Part shown: positions 36,870 to 51,702 of the stretch, piece by piece
How positions within the stretch are numbered: the stretch's first letter is position 1
Layout: every line of letters starts with the position of its first letter
Source of the DNA: Octopus bimaculoides
Lineage: Eukaryota
Direction: 5' to 3'
Assembly (NCBI RefSeq): GCF_001194135.2
Contig: NC_068995.1
Coordinates: forward strand, 13,443,118-13,507,117
DNA: 64,000 nt
The notes under the pieces: generated by a model
What the model was told of the DNA's origin: nothing
Database searches by the model: none
What the model saw: the letters and a program-made list of their open reading frames with translations, nothing else
Made by a program: the position numbers and the translations under genes

Positions 36870-38836
36870 CATACATATGTGTGTGTGTACATAGATGTAT
36901 GTATGTGTATATATATATAAATACACACATACTTCCACAAATATCCTACACTTGGAAAGCAATCAACCATTTCTGCTGATTGGCAACGATTCATTTTACA
37001 AACACATAATGTCTTCCTGCCTCTTTTGTCACTATTACAACAGTCCCTGAAGTAGCAAGCTGCATACACCATATACCTGTCTCTCTCTTTGTGACCCACC
37101 TACCCAGAGCTTCAGCTTTAAAGAATTCTCTCCCTGCCCATTCTTTGCTATAGATGCCCAAGTTAAACCTCTGACAAATCAATCCACAATAGTCTATAGA
37201 AATCATTGACACTGATTAATTTTTCTTGAATGTTTCTTGGAAAGATTGGTTCCTTTCCTGAATGCTAACCCATACAATCTTTTGAAAGCCAATGGATGTT
37301 AAATGGTTTGGTACTGAGTGTGGCATTGATGTCGCTGACACATGAACTGTTCACCTCCTTAGTCCAACACACAACCAATTTAGACATCTCTGATTCAATA
37401 ACTTGCTTTTTGTTGATTAATCTAATGACTTTCTAATTTATTTATATAATATTCTTTCACTGGTATCAGTCATTGGAATGCAGCCATCCTGGTGTACTAG
37501 TTCCAAGAATTTTAGTCCATTATATTTATCTCAGTGCTTTTTTGGTGCTATTTTATTGAAGTGCTAAGTTCGTCTGGTATAAAGAGTCAAAATACAAAGG
37601 GAATGTCTACTAAATATTAAATATTCACATTATAACAATTAATAAATAACTTGAATGTATAATTTCAGATTTAAAGAAATTTTGATAATTATAAGGGTGT
37701 CTATTTACTTCTGTAAATTTACAATAAATGTACAAACAAATGAAAAACAGATACTGGTCACCAAGTCCTCATCAGTTATCTGCCAGAGGGTCAAACGCAA
37801 TTTCGCGCTTTTGTATATATATATATATATATGTATAAAGAGAGTAAGAGAGAGAGAGAGAAGCATGCACACACACACACACACATATACCACAGTTAAG
37901 TTTCTGTCTTCAAATGTCACCCTGAAAATTAACATGACACTTGTCCAAAGTGCCACCCAGTGAAACTGAACCTGAGACCTTGCTGTTGTGAGGCAAACTT
38001 CTTAACCACACGCCTATGTCTGCACTTATTGTTTTTACACCTAAAATAAAACAGTGCTACTGATGCACTCTCAAACATCTTAAAATATATTTCTAAGAAA
38101 AATGCCACTTGGCTGATTGACAAAGATTTGTCGTATAGACACACTTTATCTTATCTCTGAAATTGCTACCTGCATATTCAGCTTACCTGTCTCTCTCTCT
38201 CTCTCCCTCCTTTTGTCATCATTATTGCATCTACAGAGCTGCAACTTTTACAGGAATTCTTTAACTCCATATGCTTTTCCTACGGCGATTCAAACTGTAT
38301 GAAGCTTCCCCCAGTCTGGAGCAGCCTACAAATGTTACGTATGTTTGTCTTCATGTAATTTGTTCCCCACTCATTTTAATAACACACACAAAGATTAAAC
38401 CTTTTTTTTTTCCTGCAAATTAATTTAGAGCAGTTGTTGACGATAAGTGAGATCTCACTATGTTGCTGCACACACATCAACTGTCAATACTTCTTAAAGT
38501 AGTCTGCCACAATAGTAACTTGACCAACTATATAACCCAACAATTTACCACACTCTGCCTAAATCCTCAGTTGCTGAAGCATGCTTAACCTCTATTTAAA
38601 AATTAATCAAATGTTAATCCATATATAATTTTATTGCTTCAAGTCATTGGACTGTGGCAATACTGGAGCACCAGCTGCAAGGGTTTTAGTTAATTATATT
38701 CACCAAAGTAGTCAATCTGGTACTCAATTCAAGAAATAGCTGAATTCATATATTAACTGTCATCACTTTAAGGATGTAAATACTACATGGTATTTAGGTA
38801 TTTGCTATATATATTTATGTATATGTGTGAATATGA

Positions 38837-38891
<55 letters not shown>

Positions 38892-39879
38892 CATACAGTC
38901 CAACCCATGCCAACATGAACAATGGACATCAAATAATGATGATGTGTGTGCGTATACACACACACACACACACACATATAGTCATCGTTTAACGGCCATC
39001 TTCCATCATGCATAGGTAGGACAGTTGACAGTTGATCCTAGGCTACTGTATCTGTTTTGCCACGATTTTTACAGCTGGATGCCCTTCCTAACACCAACCA
39101 CTCCACAGAGTGGACTGAGTGCTTTTTTATGTGGCACCAGTACAGGCAAATTCAGTTTTGGTATGATTTTTACAGCTGGATGCCCTTCCAGATGCCAACC
39201 ACTTTACGGTATTAGTTTAATGCTTAAAGAAAAATGAACATAGAAATATTTTCAACTTTCTGGATTGAAATCTTTCATCAAAAGGGGGGAAAAGAAAGAA
39301 AAAGCGACAAAAAAATAACATAAACTGTATCATTATCATTATTGGCACTCTTGTTGTCATTGAAGAATGGTTCTTTGAATTTTATTGTGTCCACATTTCT
39401 GAAAAATATATATATAACATTAAAATTCCTTTATTTCATTGCAGCCAAAAATTGTAATAAGTCAAGTAAACACAGCTGTTCCCACCAGATATTATAAGTG
39501 GATATTATAAGTGGGTGGTGTCAATAAGCTCAACAAGTTATATGTAAATTAAGAGACATCAACTGTTCCAACCAGTTAAACTTAGCATATGCATGTAATG
39601 ACACAATTTCATGTTACACGAAGCCAGCTTTTATAGGTGTTGTGTACTCTGTAACTGTGGAGTTTACTGTTAAATAATGCAGAAATGTTGAGTTACATTG
39701 AATACTGACGGACTGAACTTCTTTGAGTGTAGCTTCAAGAGGTACTTTACTACTGTGAAGAGGACAAACAGTTATTGTTTGATTCTTATAGTTGTGGTTA
39801 GTATTGTAATTATTAGTTGTTAATGTGCTGTTGAAAGTCTGGATTTTCTTGACACAGAGGAAGTTTTTACCCTGTCTGA

Positions 39880-40056
39880 GTACTCCATCCCACTTCACCT
39901 ATGTAGTAGGCCTGTACATTAGACAGCAAAATGCTTCCAATCATTTCAATTTTTACCATAGATGTTTGCATCTTCCCAAGTGATGCTACGTCCCTTCAGA
40001 TCTTCATCAAAGGTAATATACCATGTTTTCTTGAGTCTGTCTGTCTCCCCCCCCTC

Positions 40057-40088
<32 letters not shown>

Positions 40089-40330
40089 ATTTATCTGTTT
40101 CTTCATCCTTCTGGTGGTACTCATTGTATAACTGTCTTGGGTATTCATTCTTCAGACAGTTGGTCAGCCACAGTCTCCTGCAGGCTGCAGTGCAGATTGG
40201 TTCTTCTCGGGATTTCAGTGCTTCTGTCCTTGTATGTAAGCTGATTATAACCATTCTATGGTAAGTGGAACTAAGTTAACATGGCCATGCAGAGTTATGT
40301 GTCTTTGTTATAGCAACAACACTATGCCAG
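39880..40330 (-). mobile_element. Degenerate RTE-like LINE C-terminal fragment interrupted by (TCTA)n
   Basis: Minus frames give RLKKTWYITFDEDLKGRSITWEDA and TEAL..PICTAACRRLWL..PRQ, resembling RTE RPKKTW...W..A..DR..W. Confidence 0.65.
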
Positions 40331-41629
40331 TGTTAGATTATGAACCGGTAACTTCTTGGCTAGCTGTCCAGTGCCTGGCAGACACCATCTGCAATCAAAT
40401 GCTATTTGACTGGGAAAATTCCCACAATTTCATCTATTTATAGCACAAGTACGCAGCTGATAAATATATTTCTGTGTGTATATGCATGTGATGTATATTC
40501 CTACACAACCCGTGTCAGTACAGGTGACAGCCCATTGATGGATAGATCTGGTAAGGAAAATGTAAATAAATCAATTTACTTGGCTATACTAAGACAAAAT
40601 GAACAAATATGGATATATAGATTGATTGAGTATATTATTAGTGCAGAGAATGTAGTAAATAAAATATCCGGGTAGTTGGGAAACCTGCCAAGCAAAACAA
40701 AAGTAAGAGAGAGGGAGAGAGAGAGAGGTATTGATTTAAATCGGTTGTGTCTCACTGTTTCTATAGTAGTGGATTTCTAAATTTATAAAAACAGAACATT
40801 TGTGTGTTACCTTGTGTTCTAATAACCAAGCAATAGTTATGAGATATGTTTTCTCCTGGACGTAACAAGAAACCAGAATAAAATGTTACAACCACTATCC
40901 ATTACGGCTTTGGAACAGACATATAGGTTAGTAATGCTGATTCAGTTCAATATTTTAATTTTCCGGAGAAATATTAATCATTACGCAACCAGTGATTTAA
41001 TATTTCTCAAATTTCACGTCCTAATTTCAAGCTCTTCCTGTGAATATTCAGCTAATAGTTATTTGTGTTCATACCAGTCAGTTCAGTAAAAAACCAAAGG
41101 ATATTTGTGTCTTATGACGAGAAGTTTGATAAAGTATTGATACAAGGGAGGGTTAGGGTTTGTATTATGTAAGCAGTACTGCATTGTGTTCACAACCGAG
41201 ACAACTAGCTTTCAACACACAAGACTATTGTGCATTACACTGTAGCCATGCCCATAGCATCTCTACCATTGGGGCACTTGAATTTTTTAACTGATATTTT
41301 CCATCTTTTTCAGTTTGGGATTTTCTTTATGCATTCATTCTGATGTCCTCATCTCAATCAACTTCAATATCACTGATGCAGTTTCATTTTGGTCACTCTT
41401 TTTTCTCCTTTTAACTTCCTATTTTCCCCAGACATAATTTCATTTACAAGTGATTTACTCACTCCACCGATGATTAAACCCTAGCATTCTCTTGTTAATT
41501 CAATTTCTCTTGTTAATTCAAAGCATCTTTCTCCTTTCCCCAGCTAAACATGTTAAGTTGTGACTAAAATTGTGCAGATAAAGCATTTCATTTTGAATGC
41601 TGACAAATTCATCTCAATGCTTTTTTGGA

Positions 41630-42310
41630 GTGTATCCATATCTCACATCAGATCAGGTCAGGTGCTGGGGCATTGCTCTTGCAGTGTGTCGCTGCAGCCA
41701 CCATTTGTTGGTACTTGCTTGAGTCATCCCAGGCGTCCGTCCAAGCAGTATCCCAGTCAGTCACCCTCTCTGTGAGACATTTCCTTATCTGTTAGGACTA
41801 TGTGACATATGGCTGACCAACATAAGCAGTCACCCCAGCTGGATCCTCAGGGAAGAGAACACAACACACAGGATCAAACTCAAAAATATCAAGCAATATA
41901 ACCAAACAGTCTTAGCTGGCGTTCCTAACTCATACTGTGTGTAGTCATTGGTTGCATATGAAATCTGAACCACTGGTATCCCATAATCATGGGAAGTGTT
42001 TTGGTACCCATAGGAAATCAGGTGGCTGTTAAGGCCCCTAGACTGAGACTGTATCTCACATCCATACAACATAATTGAGTTATCATAGGCTTGCATGCAG
42101 GAGGGTGAAGTGGCAAACTTGTTAGAGCACTGGGAACAATGTCACACAGTATTTGCTTTGGCTCTCTGCACACTGTGTTCAAATACTGCCTTGGTCAATT
42201 TAGCCTTTCATCCTGACAAGGGACCAATCCAGGGCAACAGACTGGTAGAATTCGTAGAACAACAGGTGAAATGCCTCATGGCATCTATTCAAACATTTTG
42301 TATTCTGAGT
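41630..42310 (-). mobile_element. Degenerate RTE/RTE-X LINE C-terminal fragment
   Basis: IMLYGCE motif and AWTDAWDDSSKYQQMVAAATHC terminus, with short GACCT/GATCT tail repeats. Confidence 0.65.
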
Positions 42311-43964
42311 TCAAATTTCATGTAGGGATTCAATTCTTACTGATGGCCAGGGCTAGGCACCTGACCATTGGACCATAACTGATTAAGAAAACTATGACAG
42401 TAAGCAGACAATTGTAGCTGGATTCTATTGAAATTGAATGATGATGATGATGAAGAGGAGGACCAGGGGACATACTCAAATTTTGTTGTTAAAATTTATC
42501 TGCAATAAACTGGTTATCCTTTTACAATACACAAAATATTAAAAATTTTTTTTATATAATTCCTAATTACATTTAATTATGAAAATGTAGTAGGATTTTT
42601 TTCTAATCACCAAATGGCTATGGAGGTCCTGTAGAGTAAAACAGGAAACGAAGGGGTCTATAGGCAAAAAATGGTTGAAAACCATTGCTCTAAGACAAGC
42701 ACACACACACACACACACACACATTCACAAACATAAACAATTAAACCAAAGTGCATATCTATATCTTTATATATAGATATATATTATACTCTTATACTTG
42801 TTTCAGTCATTTGACTGTGGCCATGCTGGAGCACCGCCTTTAGTCGAGTAAAAGACCCCAGGACTTATTCTTTGTAAGCCTAGTACTTATTCTATCAGTC
42901 ACTTTTGCTGAACCGCTAAGTTACGGAGACATAAACAAACCAGCATTGGTTGTCAAGCGATGTTGGGGGGACAAACACAGACACACAAACATATACACAC
43001 ACATACATATATATATATACATATATACGACGAACGTCAACCAAATCCACTCACAAGGCTTTGGTCGGCCTGAGGCTATAGTAGAAGACACTTGCCCAAG
43101 GTGCCACGGAGTGGGACTGAACNNNNNNNNNNNNNNNNNNNNNNNNNNNNNNNNNNNNNNNNNNNNNNNNNNNNNNNNNNNNNNNNNNNNNNNNNNNNNN
43201 NNNNNNNNNNNNNNNNNNNNNNNNNNNNNNNNNNNNNNNNNNNNNNNNNNNNNNNNNNNNNNNNNNNNNNNNNNNNNNNNNNNNNNNNNNNNNNNNNNNN
43301 NNNNNNNNNNNNNNNNNNNNNNNNNNNNNNNNNNNNNNNNNNNNNNNNNNNNNNNNNNNNNNNNNNNNNNNNNNNNNNNNNNNNNNNNNNNNNNNNNNNN
43401 NNNNNNNNNNNNNNNNNNNNNNNNNNNNNNNNNNNNNNNNNNNNNNNNNNNNNNNNNNNNNNNNNNNNNNNNNNNNNNNNNNNNNNNNNNNNNNNNNNNN
43501 NNNNNNNNNNNNNNNNNNNNNNNNNNNNNNNNNNNNNNNNNNNNNNNNNNNNNNNNNNNNNNNNNNNNNNNNNNNNNNNNNNNNNNNNNNNNNNNNNNNN
43601 NNNNNNNNNNNNNNNNNNNNNNNNNNNNNNNNNNNNNNNNNNNNNNNNNNNNNNNNNNNNNNNNNNNGTGTGTGTACTCACAAGCAAATATGCGTATACT
43701 CTTTCCAACAATACATGCAAGGAAGAAATTCTATTCACGCACACATCACACATACATAATATTCTTTCACATCAACAGATTACTGTTCTCACATACGTAC
43801 ATATACACACTAACAAATATACATAGAAACACACACACATATAATTCTCACTCACACCCATAACAGAAATAATTGTTTACACATTCTACAACACACACCC
43901 ACACACACAGCCCCTAATACAGGAAATACAAATTTGTTTTCACGCACACACACTTATATACATA

Positions 43965-44669
43965 CAGTAATCTCTCGACTATCGCGGGTGTTACGTTCCC
44001 AAACCCCACGCGATAGGTGAAAATCCGCGAAGTAGAAACAGTACTGTATATTTTTAGAAGGTGCAGAATGTTTTGACGATACCGTAGAACTTGAAATAAA
44101 TTCACGGTTTTACACACAATTGCAAAACAATACCACACACTCGCCGCCCGAGTTTCGTTTCCCATACAGTATGTGCGATTCTTTGTTTACTCATCTACGG
44201 TACACTACGTATTTTAAAAAAATATATTTTAGTTAATGTGTTATACAATGCAGTACTGTGTTATATTTTTATTTAATAATTAATTTTTTAATTTTTAGGT
44301 GTGAAAATGCTTATTTTACCACAGAAATAATTAAAAATCTAAAAAAATAAAAATACCTATCGGCCGCAGAAACCCGCGTTATACTGTTTTCTACTCTAGG
44401 CACAAGGCCCGAAATTTTGAGGGAGGGGGCCAGTCGATTAGATTGTCTCCTGTACGCAACTGGTACTTAATTTATCGACCCCGAAAAGATGAAAAGCAAA
44501 GTCGACCTTGGCAGAATTTGAACTCAGAACGGAAATACTACTAAGCATTTCGCCCGGCGTGTAACGTTTCTGGCAGCTCGCCACCTTAAACCCGCGATAT
44601 AAATTTACATAAAACCCTCGATGTACTGAGGGCGTGATAAGTGAACCGCGGTATAGCGAATGATTACTG
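43965..44669. mobile_element. Tigger/pogo-like MITE containing a nested family B SINE (about 44386-44598, -)
   Basis: TA flanks both ends. TIRs CAGTAATCTCTCGACTATCGCGG / CCGCGGTATAGCGAATGATTACTG. Confidence 0.8.
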
Positions 44670-45774
44670 TATTCTTCCTCGCACACTCACATGCACATGT
44701 TTACACATATATTCACAAACATACACACACTCATATATACATATATATACACACACACACACACACACATGCACAGATAAATACACACATGTACTAACTA
44801 GCATAACTGGCGGGGAGGCGTAGGGGCAACACTTTTAGGTCTGCTTTAGGCAATATGTGTTTTTTGTGGGGTCCGGGGGCGGAAAGCGGAAGGGCCACCC
44901 CGGCTGACACACACTCTAGCTACACTAGTGAATGTACTCTCTTACATATGCAAAATACTAATTAGCTTTCTCACATAAACACACACATATCTACTCACTT
45001 TCACATATATGCACACACAAACACTCTCATAGACACATACACTCTCTTATACACACAAAACATAAATTACTGCTCACACACACATGCATACACAAACACA
45101 TTCATATATATACGTGTACACACCACCTACACATGCATAGAATATTTAGAAATGTTTTCGCCCCATATTTCCTAACACAGCGACTTACTCATTTATAATG
45201 TCATATTGTGGTAATATGCTTCAGTGAATCTACTAAAATACTCTAAAATAATTTTAATATTACATAGTCATTCTTTTTTTTTTTAACATTAGGTCAGCCT
45301 TGATTGTGTAATTTTACTATCAAAAACACACCAACTATTACCATCCCATTTATTTATTCTATTGTGCAAAGAACTCAGAACTTCGTTATCCAACTTGCTC
45401 TTTTTTTGAACTAGTAAGTTGTGGTTTGAGAGATATTTGACTGCTATTTCTAGCATTCACACAACCACATAGTCATCCCACCTCCCACTGGCTGCATAAT
45501 TCCAGGAGATAGTGTCACTCTTATTCATCCCTCAAACAAGTACTTTACATTATTCATAAAGGTTTAATAGCTCATTAGATTACTGATTAACTACACAGCT
45601 TATCAATTTGTAACTCAACTACATTTAACAAAGCACTGTGTTTACTTTATGAACTACTAACATGGGGTTGTAATACAGCTGTTTGTCATCGATAAATCTG
45701 TGTAAATTGAGGCATGTGTATATACATGTTTATATATATATACACATGCATATATAAATATATGTGTGTGTGTG

Positions 45775-45815
<41 letters not shown>

Positions 45816-46027
45816 NNNNNNNNNNTCAACCTATATATGTGTGTGTGTGTGTGTGTGTGTAAAATACAGTGTACATTTAATACACATCAGAGATGGGCAT
45901 CTCTGATGTGTATTAAATGTACACTGTATTTTACATGAATAATATATAATCTGTTGACTAATTTTTTTTCTCGCTACACCACTGGCAGTAAATTAAATTT
46001 CTTAATTTTTTGCTACCCTTAGACTTA

Positions 46028-46072
<45 letters not shown>

Positions 46073-48654
46073 TTTACATATATATATACATAGATAGATA
46101 GATAGATTCAGGTGAATTAGGTACTTAAGTTGAGGCACCAGAATTTAGTAGGGTATTATCCAAACAGTTTCAAAATAAGTTGATTAAAATCAAAATAAGC
46201 AACAAGGATATCCAAAGTTAATGCAGTACGATCATTTCAAGCAACTCCATTTAATTGAGCAATGCAACCATTACATCAATTTAAATGCAGAGCAATCCTC
46301 AGCTGCACAAAGACATAGAATTAAATTAAACAGATGGACACATTAGTATAATTTTACCTAAAACTTCCAAGAAGGTAAGGAGATAGACAAAGAACATGCT
46401 CTCTTCACTTCAGCTAAGAAGCTACCAAGGTATCAGGAAGAAAGACTTGTTGGATATATATATATCCATACATATACATATTTAATACACACACACACAC
46501 ACACATGTGTGTGTGTATTTGTATATGAGAAAATGTGAGAGAAGAAGGAAGAGCTGTGTTCCATGAATAAAATATGATATCCTACAACTTATTACAAAGT
46601 TACAATTTCAAATGCCACAGTCCAGCTGGGTGATACTATATCATATAACAGTTCATCACTGTAAGTGACAGTAAGTGCTTTGTTAAGCCTACAGAGATAG
46701 GAATTCAAAATATACAATGGGTATGGCTTTGAAAAGGAGAAAAGGATGGGCTGTTCCATGTTATGTTGATCTAGATAAATTACATCATAAGATTTGTAAG
46801 TGGGCGATTACAGGAAACCCCTTCACACACACGTGTACTCATCCATTTTTAGAATTTTTTATGAAATAACAAAATGGTAGAGCTGTGGTTTGAGTGCCTT
46901 ATGTTACTTGTTCCAGCTCTCTACATTATGAGTTCGAATCTAACCAAGTTCAACACTGCCATTCATCGCTTTGGGGTTGATAAGCAGTGTAATTCATTAG
47001 CATTTATCATCATCATCATCATTTTAATGCCCACATTTCTAAGTGGGTCAGTTGGATGGAATTTCTTTAGGTGGGTTTTCTAGTCAGAACACTCTTCCTG
47101 TTGCCAACCCTTACCTGTTTCCAAATAAGATAATATTTCACCATGGTCAGATGGCTTTACAGAAGATAACAAACAAAGGACACCAGTTGCATGACAGTGA
47201 CACTTGTTTACAACATGATATCAAGACAAGGAGACAGCAGCATGTACACACATGTGTGTGTGTGTGTGAGACAAGGTTCTTTTCAGTTTCTGTCTACCAA
47301 ATCTACTCACAAGGCTCTGATCAGCCTGGGGCTATAGTAAAAGACACTTGCCCAAGGTGTCACACAATGGGACTGAACCTGGAACCACACTGTTGAGAAA
47401 CAAGCTTCTCCATCTCACAGCCATGCCTGAGTCTATATAATCAAAAACTAGCCATGCTGTCATTATCCTATTATAATGTAAGACTACATTAATGTGTCTT
47501 GCCCTTTTGTAAAGATACATGGTTTTAGGGAGATTTGGTTGCTATTTTTTGTAGTAGATCAGTGGTCTGGCATAATTATTAGAGCATAGAACAAAATACC
47601 TTGTGGTATTTCTTCCAGCTCTTTTGATTCTGAGTTCAAACCCTGCTCAGATCAATCAACTTCACCTTTCATCTGTTTGGAGTCAATAAAATAAAGTACC
47701 AGTCAAGGACCAAAATCGATTTAACCAGCTGATGGCCTAAATTAGAAATTATCGTTAAAGGTGCAGACATGGCCATGTCGATAAGAAGGTCCCTTTGCAA
47801 CCACCTGGTTTTGGGCCCAGTCCTACTGTGTGGCACCTTGAGCAGAAACTTCAAATTCCCACATCTGCTAGACTAGTTTACCTGGCAGCCCTATTTCACA
47901 GTACCTTGCACAGTACAGTATTAATAAACTTGTATCATTTATACTAATGTACATGTACCTGTACTTCATTTGATTATTAAAGTAAATTTAATATTTGTTC
48001 AATTTAAAGTGTATCGACCTAGGTGACCACCCCTGGTTGAAAAAAAATTCAGTAATCTGGAAAGGGTTGTACTTCATAACTACAGTTGTGTCACTTATTT
48101 GTATTAAATACGAAAATATGAACAAAACTTAATAAGTGGTGTATTTGTATATGTTTATATTAATACTTTTATTATTGTCTGTGAGTCATTATTATCACTA
48201 TTTTTGTGTTAGCTCTCCATATTGGCATGAGTTGGATGGTTTGAGAGGATCCAATGAGTTGGAGGACCATCTCTTAATCCAATGTCTCAGTTTCATAATG
48301 TTTCAATTTCATAATGTCTCAATTTCATAATAGTTTCTGTTAATGGATACTATTCCTAACACCAACTACTTTACTGAGTGTGCTGGATGTATTTTTTCAT
48401 AGTACCAGCACTACAAGGGCTGTCTTAATCTTAACCTCAGCAAGACTAAAGAGTCCTCTCAAACCTTGTGTTGTCTCTGTTTGATTCACCAACTACTTTA
48501 TACAGTGTACTGCGTGTCACTTATAGCCCAAACAAATTGAACAAACAAACTTCCCTACTAAGCATTGATAATAATGGCAGAAGTAACAATGACAATTATA
48601 ATAAATGTTTGAAGTGATTCATCATGGTGCAAGAGACAATAGCAAACTAACTAA

Positions 48655-48972
48655 CAGTCTGTCAGTTAGAACTATCAGCCATGTATGAGAACCTTTTTGT
48701 CACTGCCAGAACAAAAGCATTTTTCTTTGTTCCAGGTGCAGAAGGCAAAAAATGCAAACTTAAAGACCAGTTTCTGGAGCACTACTCCTTTCCGTTGGAT
48801 ACAGAAGTCAAGCCAAGAAAATTGCTATCAGAAATCATTCCCTTCCTGCCAGTTCAAAAAAACAAGTCTTTCAGTTTGTGTCTGCCTTCTGCATCTGAAA
48901 CAAAGAAGAAAGATTTTGTCCTGGCAGTGACAAAGAGATTCTGACATATGGCTGGCAGATTGTGACCGACTG
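48655..48972. mobile_element. Foldback MITE with ~100-bp imperfect TIRs
   Basis: cagccatgtatgagaacc..gtcactgccag..tgcagaaggca mirrored by tgccttctgca..ctggcagtgac..catatggctg. Confidence 0.75.
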
Positions 48973-50369
48973 AATGTTAGTTAATTTACTATGGTTTCCT
49001 GCTTCACCCCAAACAATTATTATTATCATCATCGTTGTCAAGCTTGCAGAATCATTAGCATGCCAGACAAAAAAGCTTATTCACATTTTGTCCATCTCTA
49101 TGTTCTGAGTTTATCCTTTCTGGGTTTATAAAATACGTACCAGTTGAGCACTGGGATTTATGTAATCCACTATCCCCCTCTTGCAAAATTCCAGGCCTTG
49201 TGCCTATAGCAGAAATGGTTATCATGTCATTGTTATTTCTGTCATTATTCTTACAGCCTAACATGGGACTTTGTCCAGTTAGGTAGGTCTATGAGAAATA
49301 AGATGAAGGATAAATTTCACATATGCAATGTTTGTATGTATGCATGTATGTATGTACGTATATTTGTGTATATGTCTTTGTTTTTGTGCTTGTCCCCTAA
49401 CCATAGACAACTGATGTTGCTCTGTTTATGCCTCTGTAACTTAGCAGTTTGACAAAAAGAGATTGATAGAATAAGTACTCGGCTAAAACACACACACAAA
49501 AAAAATAATGTACTGGGGTTGATTTGTTCAACTAGACCCTTCAATGGTAGTGCCCCAGTAAAGCCACAATCTAATGACTGAAACAGATAAAGAATAGTTA
49601 CATTGTGTGTGTGTGTGTGTGTGTGTGCATGTGTTCATAAATACTGCATGTGTTGTGGATTCATCAACTTTCATGTCATGAGGAGAAGTGCAATAAAGTG
49701 TCCTAAATTCTGAGGTAGTGTGTCAAGGGGGAAGGAGATAGTCATTAAAATAATTTTAGTGTACTTAAAATAAGTGGCAATATATAAACAAAATATGCAT
49801 GGGCGTAAGCTGTATATATGTGTGTGTGTGAGTGTGTGTTTATATGTATGTATAATGTACACTTTTACTTGTTTCAGTCATTTGACTGCGGCCATGCTGG
49901 AACACCGCCTTTAGTCGAGCAAATCGACCCCAGGACTTGTTCTTTGTAAGCCTAGTACTTATTCTATAGGTCTCTTTTACCGAATCGCTAAGTTATGGGG
50001 ACGTAAGTACACCAGCATCGGTTATCAAGTGATGGTCAGGGGACAAACACAAACATACACACACACATGTAGAAGATACTTGCCCAAGGTGCCACGCAGT
50101 GGGACTGAACCCAAAACCATGTGGTTGGGAAGTAAGCTTCTTACCGCACAGCAACGCCTGTATATATCTATCTATAGGCACAGGCATGGCTGTACAGTTA
50201 AGAAGTTTGCTTCCCACCCACATGGTTTTAGGTTCAGTCTTCTGCATGGTACCTGGGGCAAGTGTCTTCTGCTATAACCCTAAGGAGACGCTTGTGCATA
50301 AGGGGCCCACACAGTGGGACAACTCAATACCATGTGGTTGAGAAGCAAACTTCTCATTACACAGACGAC

Positions 50370-50660
50370 TACCACACATCTGATGATAGAGTCTGTCACT
50401 ATGCGTGTCACTGGTTCACAAGGGTCGTTGTCGACAATGCTTTGAACTTTCTGACCCAAATTAGCCATCCAGTGATGTCTGGCCATTGAGAATGTCATGC
50501 TCTTTCTTCGCCAAGAGTAACTCGTTCCTGGGAGAAGTTTCCAGCTTTTCTTGAGATTGACCATGAAGAAGCCTACTCTCAGACAAGAAGCTGCCGCTTT
50601 CCAAAACATGGTTGTTGGCAGTTAGAAACATGAACACAGAGTGCCTTTTCCTTTTTTGAG
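50370..50660 (-). mobile_element. Degenerate Tc1/mariner-superfamily transposase N-terminal (HTH) fragment
   Basis: Frameshifted KRHSVFMFL..ESGSFL..KLETS and QKVQSIVDNDP...IIRC resemble the N-termini of invertebrate Tc1/mariner-superfamily transposases (from memory). Confidence 0.5.
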
Positions 50661-51702
50661 TCAAATTTTGGTAACACCCACACGATTTCCACTAAGAAAA
50701 AAAGAATTCAGATTTTTTGCATGGAATCAAGTACCCTGACTTCCTAATATGCTGTAAATCCCTTATTTTGGTTCGGAAAAAAGGTGGGGCGTGGGCGATA
50801 TATTTAATAATGAACCATGTAATTCACTCTGGAAAATTTATTTCTGTAAAATGTTTTTTTGTCTTAAACACAAGATAGAGTCTATAAATTTAGGATGTTT
50901 TTGAAAGATACTATATTTTGTCATCAGAATATATATACTCTCTCACACAACAATTAAAATTTATTTATTTTAAATCGTTCATTCCCCCAAAATTAGTTTG
51001 GACGCGATTTTTATTTTAATTTTTTTTACTTAGTGAAAATTTTGCAGGCGAAAAGATCAATGGGGGTGGGGTGAAATTTCCGAGGCTTCCACCTCACCCA
51101 ACCCGTTTTTCGGATCCCTAAAAGGGTTTTGTAGCATATTAGGAGGCCACAGAAATTCATTCAACGAAAAAAAAAAAAAAAAATTCCAANNNNNNNNNNN
51201 NNNNNNNNNNNNNNNNNNNNNNNNNNNNNNNNNNNNNNNNNNNNNNNNNNNNNNNNNNNNNNNNNNNNNNNNNNNNNNNNNNNNNNNNNNNNNTTCCGAA
51301 CCAAAGTAAGGGATTTGCAGCATATCAGGAGGTCAAGGTACTTGATTCCACGCAAAAAAAAAATTCGAGTTTTTTTCCTTAGTGAAAATCGTGCGGGTGT
51401 TACTATAAAAATATGCCCCAATTTTTGCCATACGTCTAGAAAAGAAATGAGAAAATTTAAGTTTGCTGTATGTAGCGTAACATTACAAAAAGCCTTCTTC
51501 CATTTATTACATGCTAAAGTTTGTTCACAAATACTTAGCGTATCCTAGGTACGTAGGTGCATACGTATGTGTGCGTGCAACCATATAATTCCCGGTTCGA
51601 TCCCACCATGTGACATCTTGGGAGCGTGTGTATTCCCCTAACCGTGAAACAGCTTGCCATGTGTGTGTGACGGAAAACGGGTGTTATTTATAGTCCTTTG
51701 TA

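Noticed and set aside
48281-48331. 16-bp x3 tandem repeat; similar small duplications at about 8690-8740, 36042-36113 and 39490-39512
   Set aside because: Ordinary slippage duplications with no functional signal.
48681-48944. Two overlapping ~85-aa ORFs
   Set aside because: They lie within a palindromic MITE.
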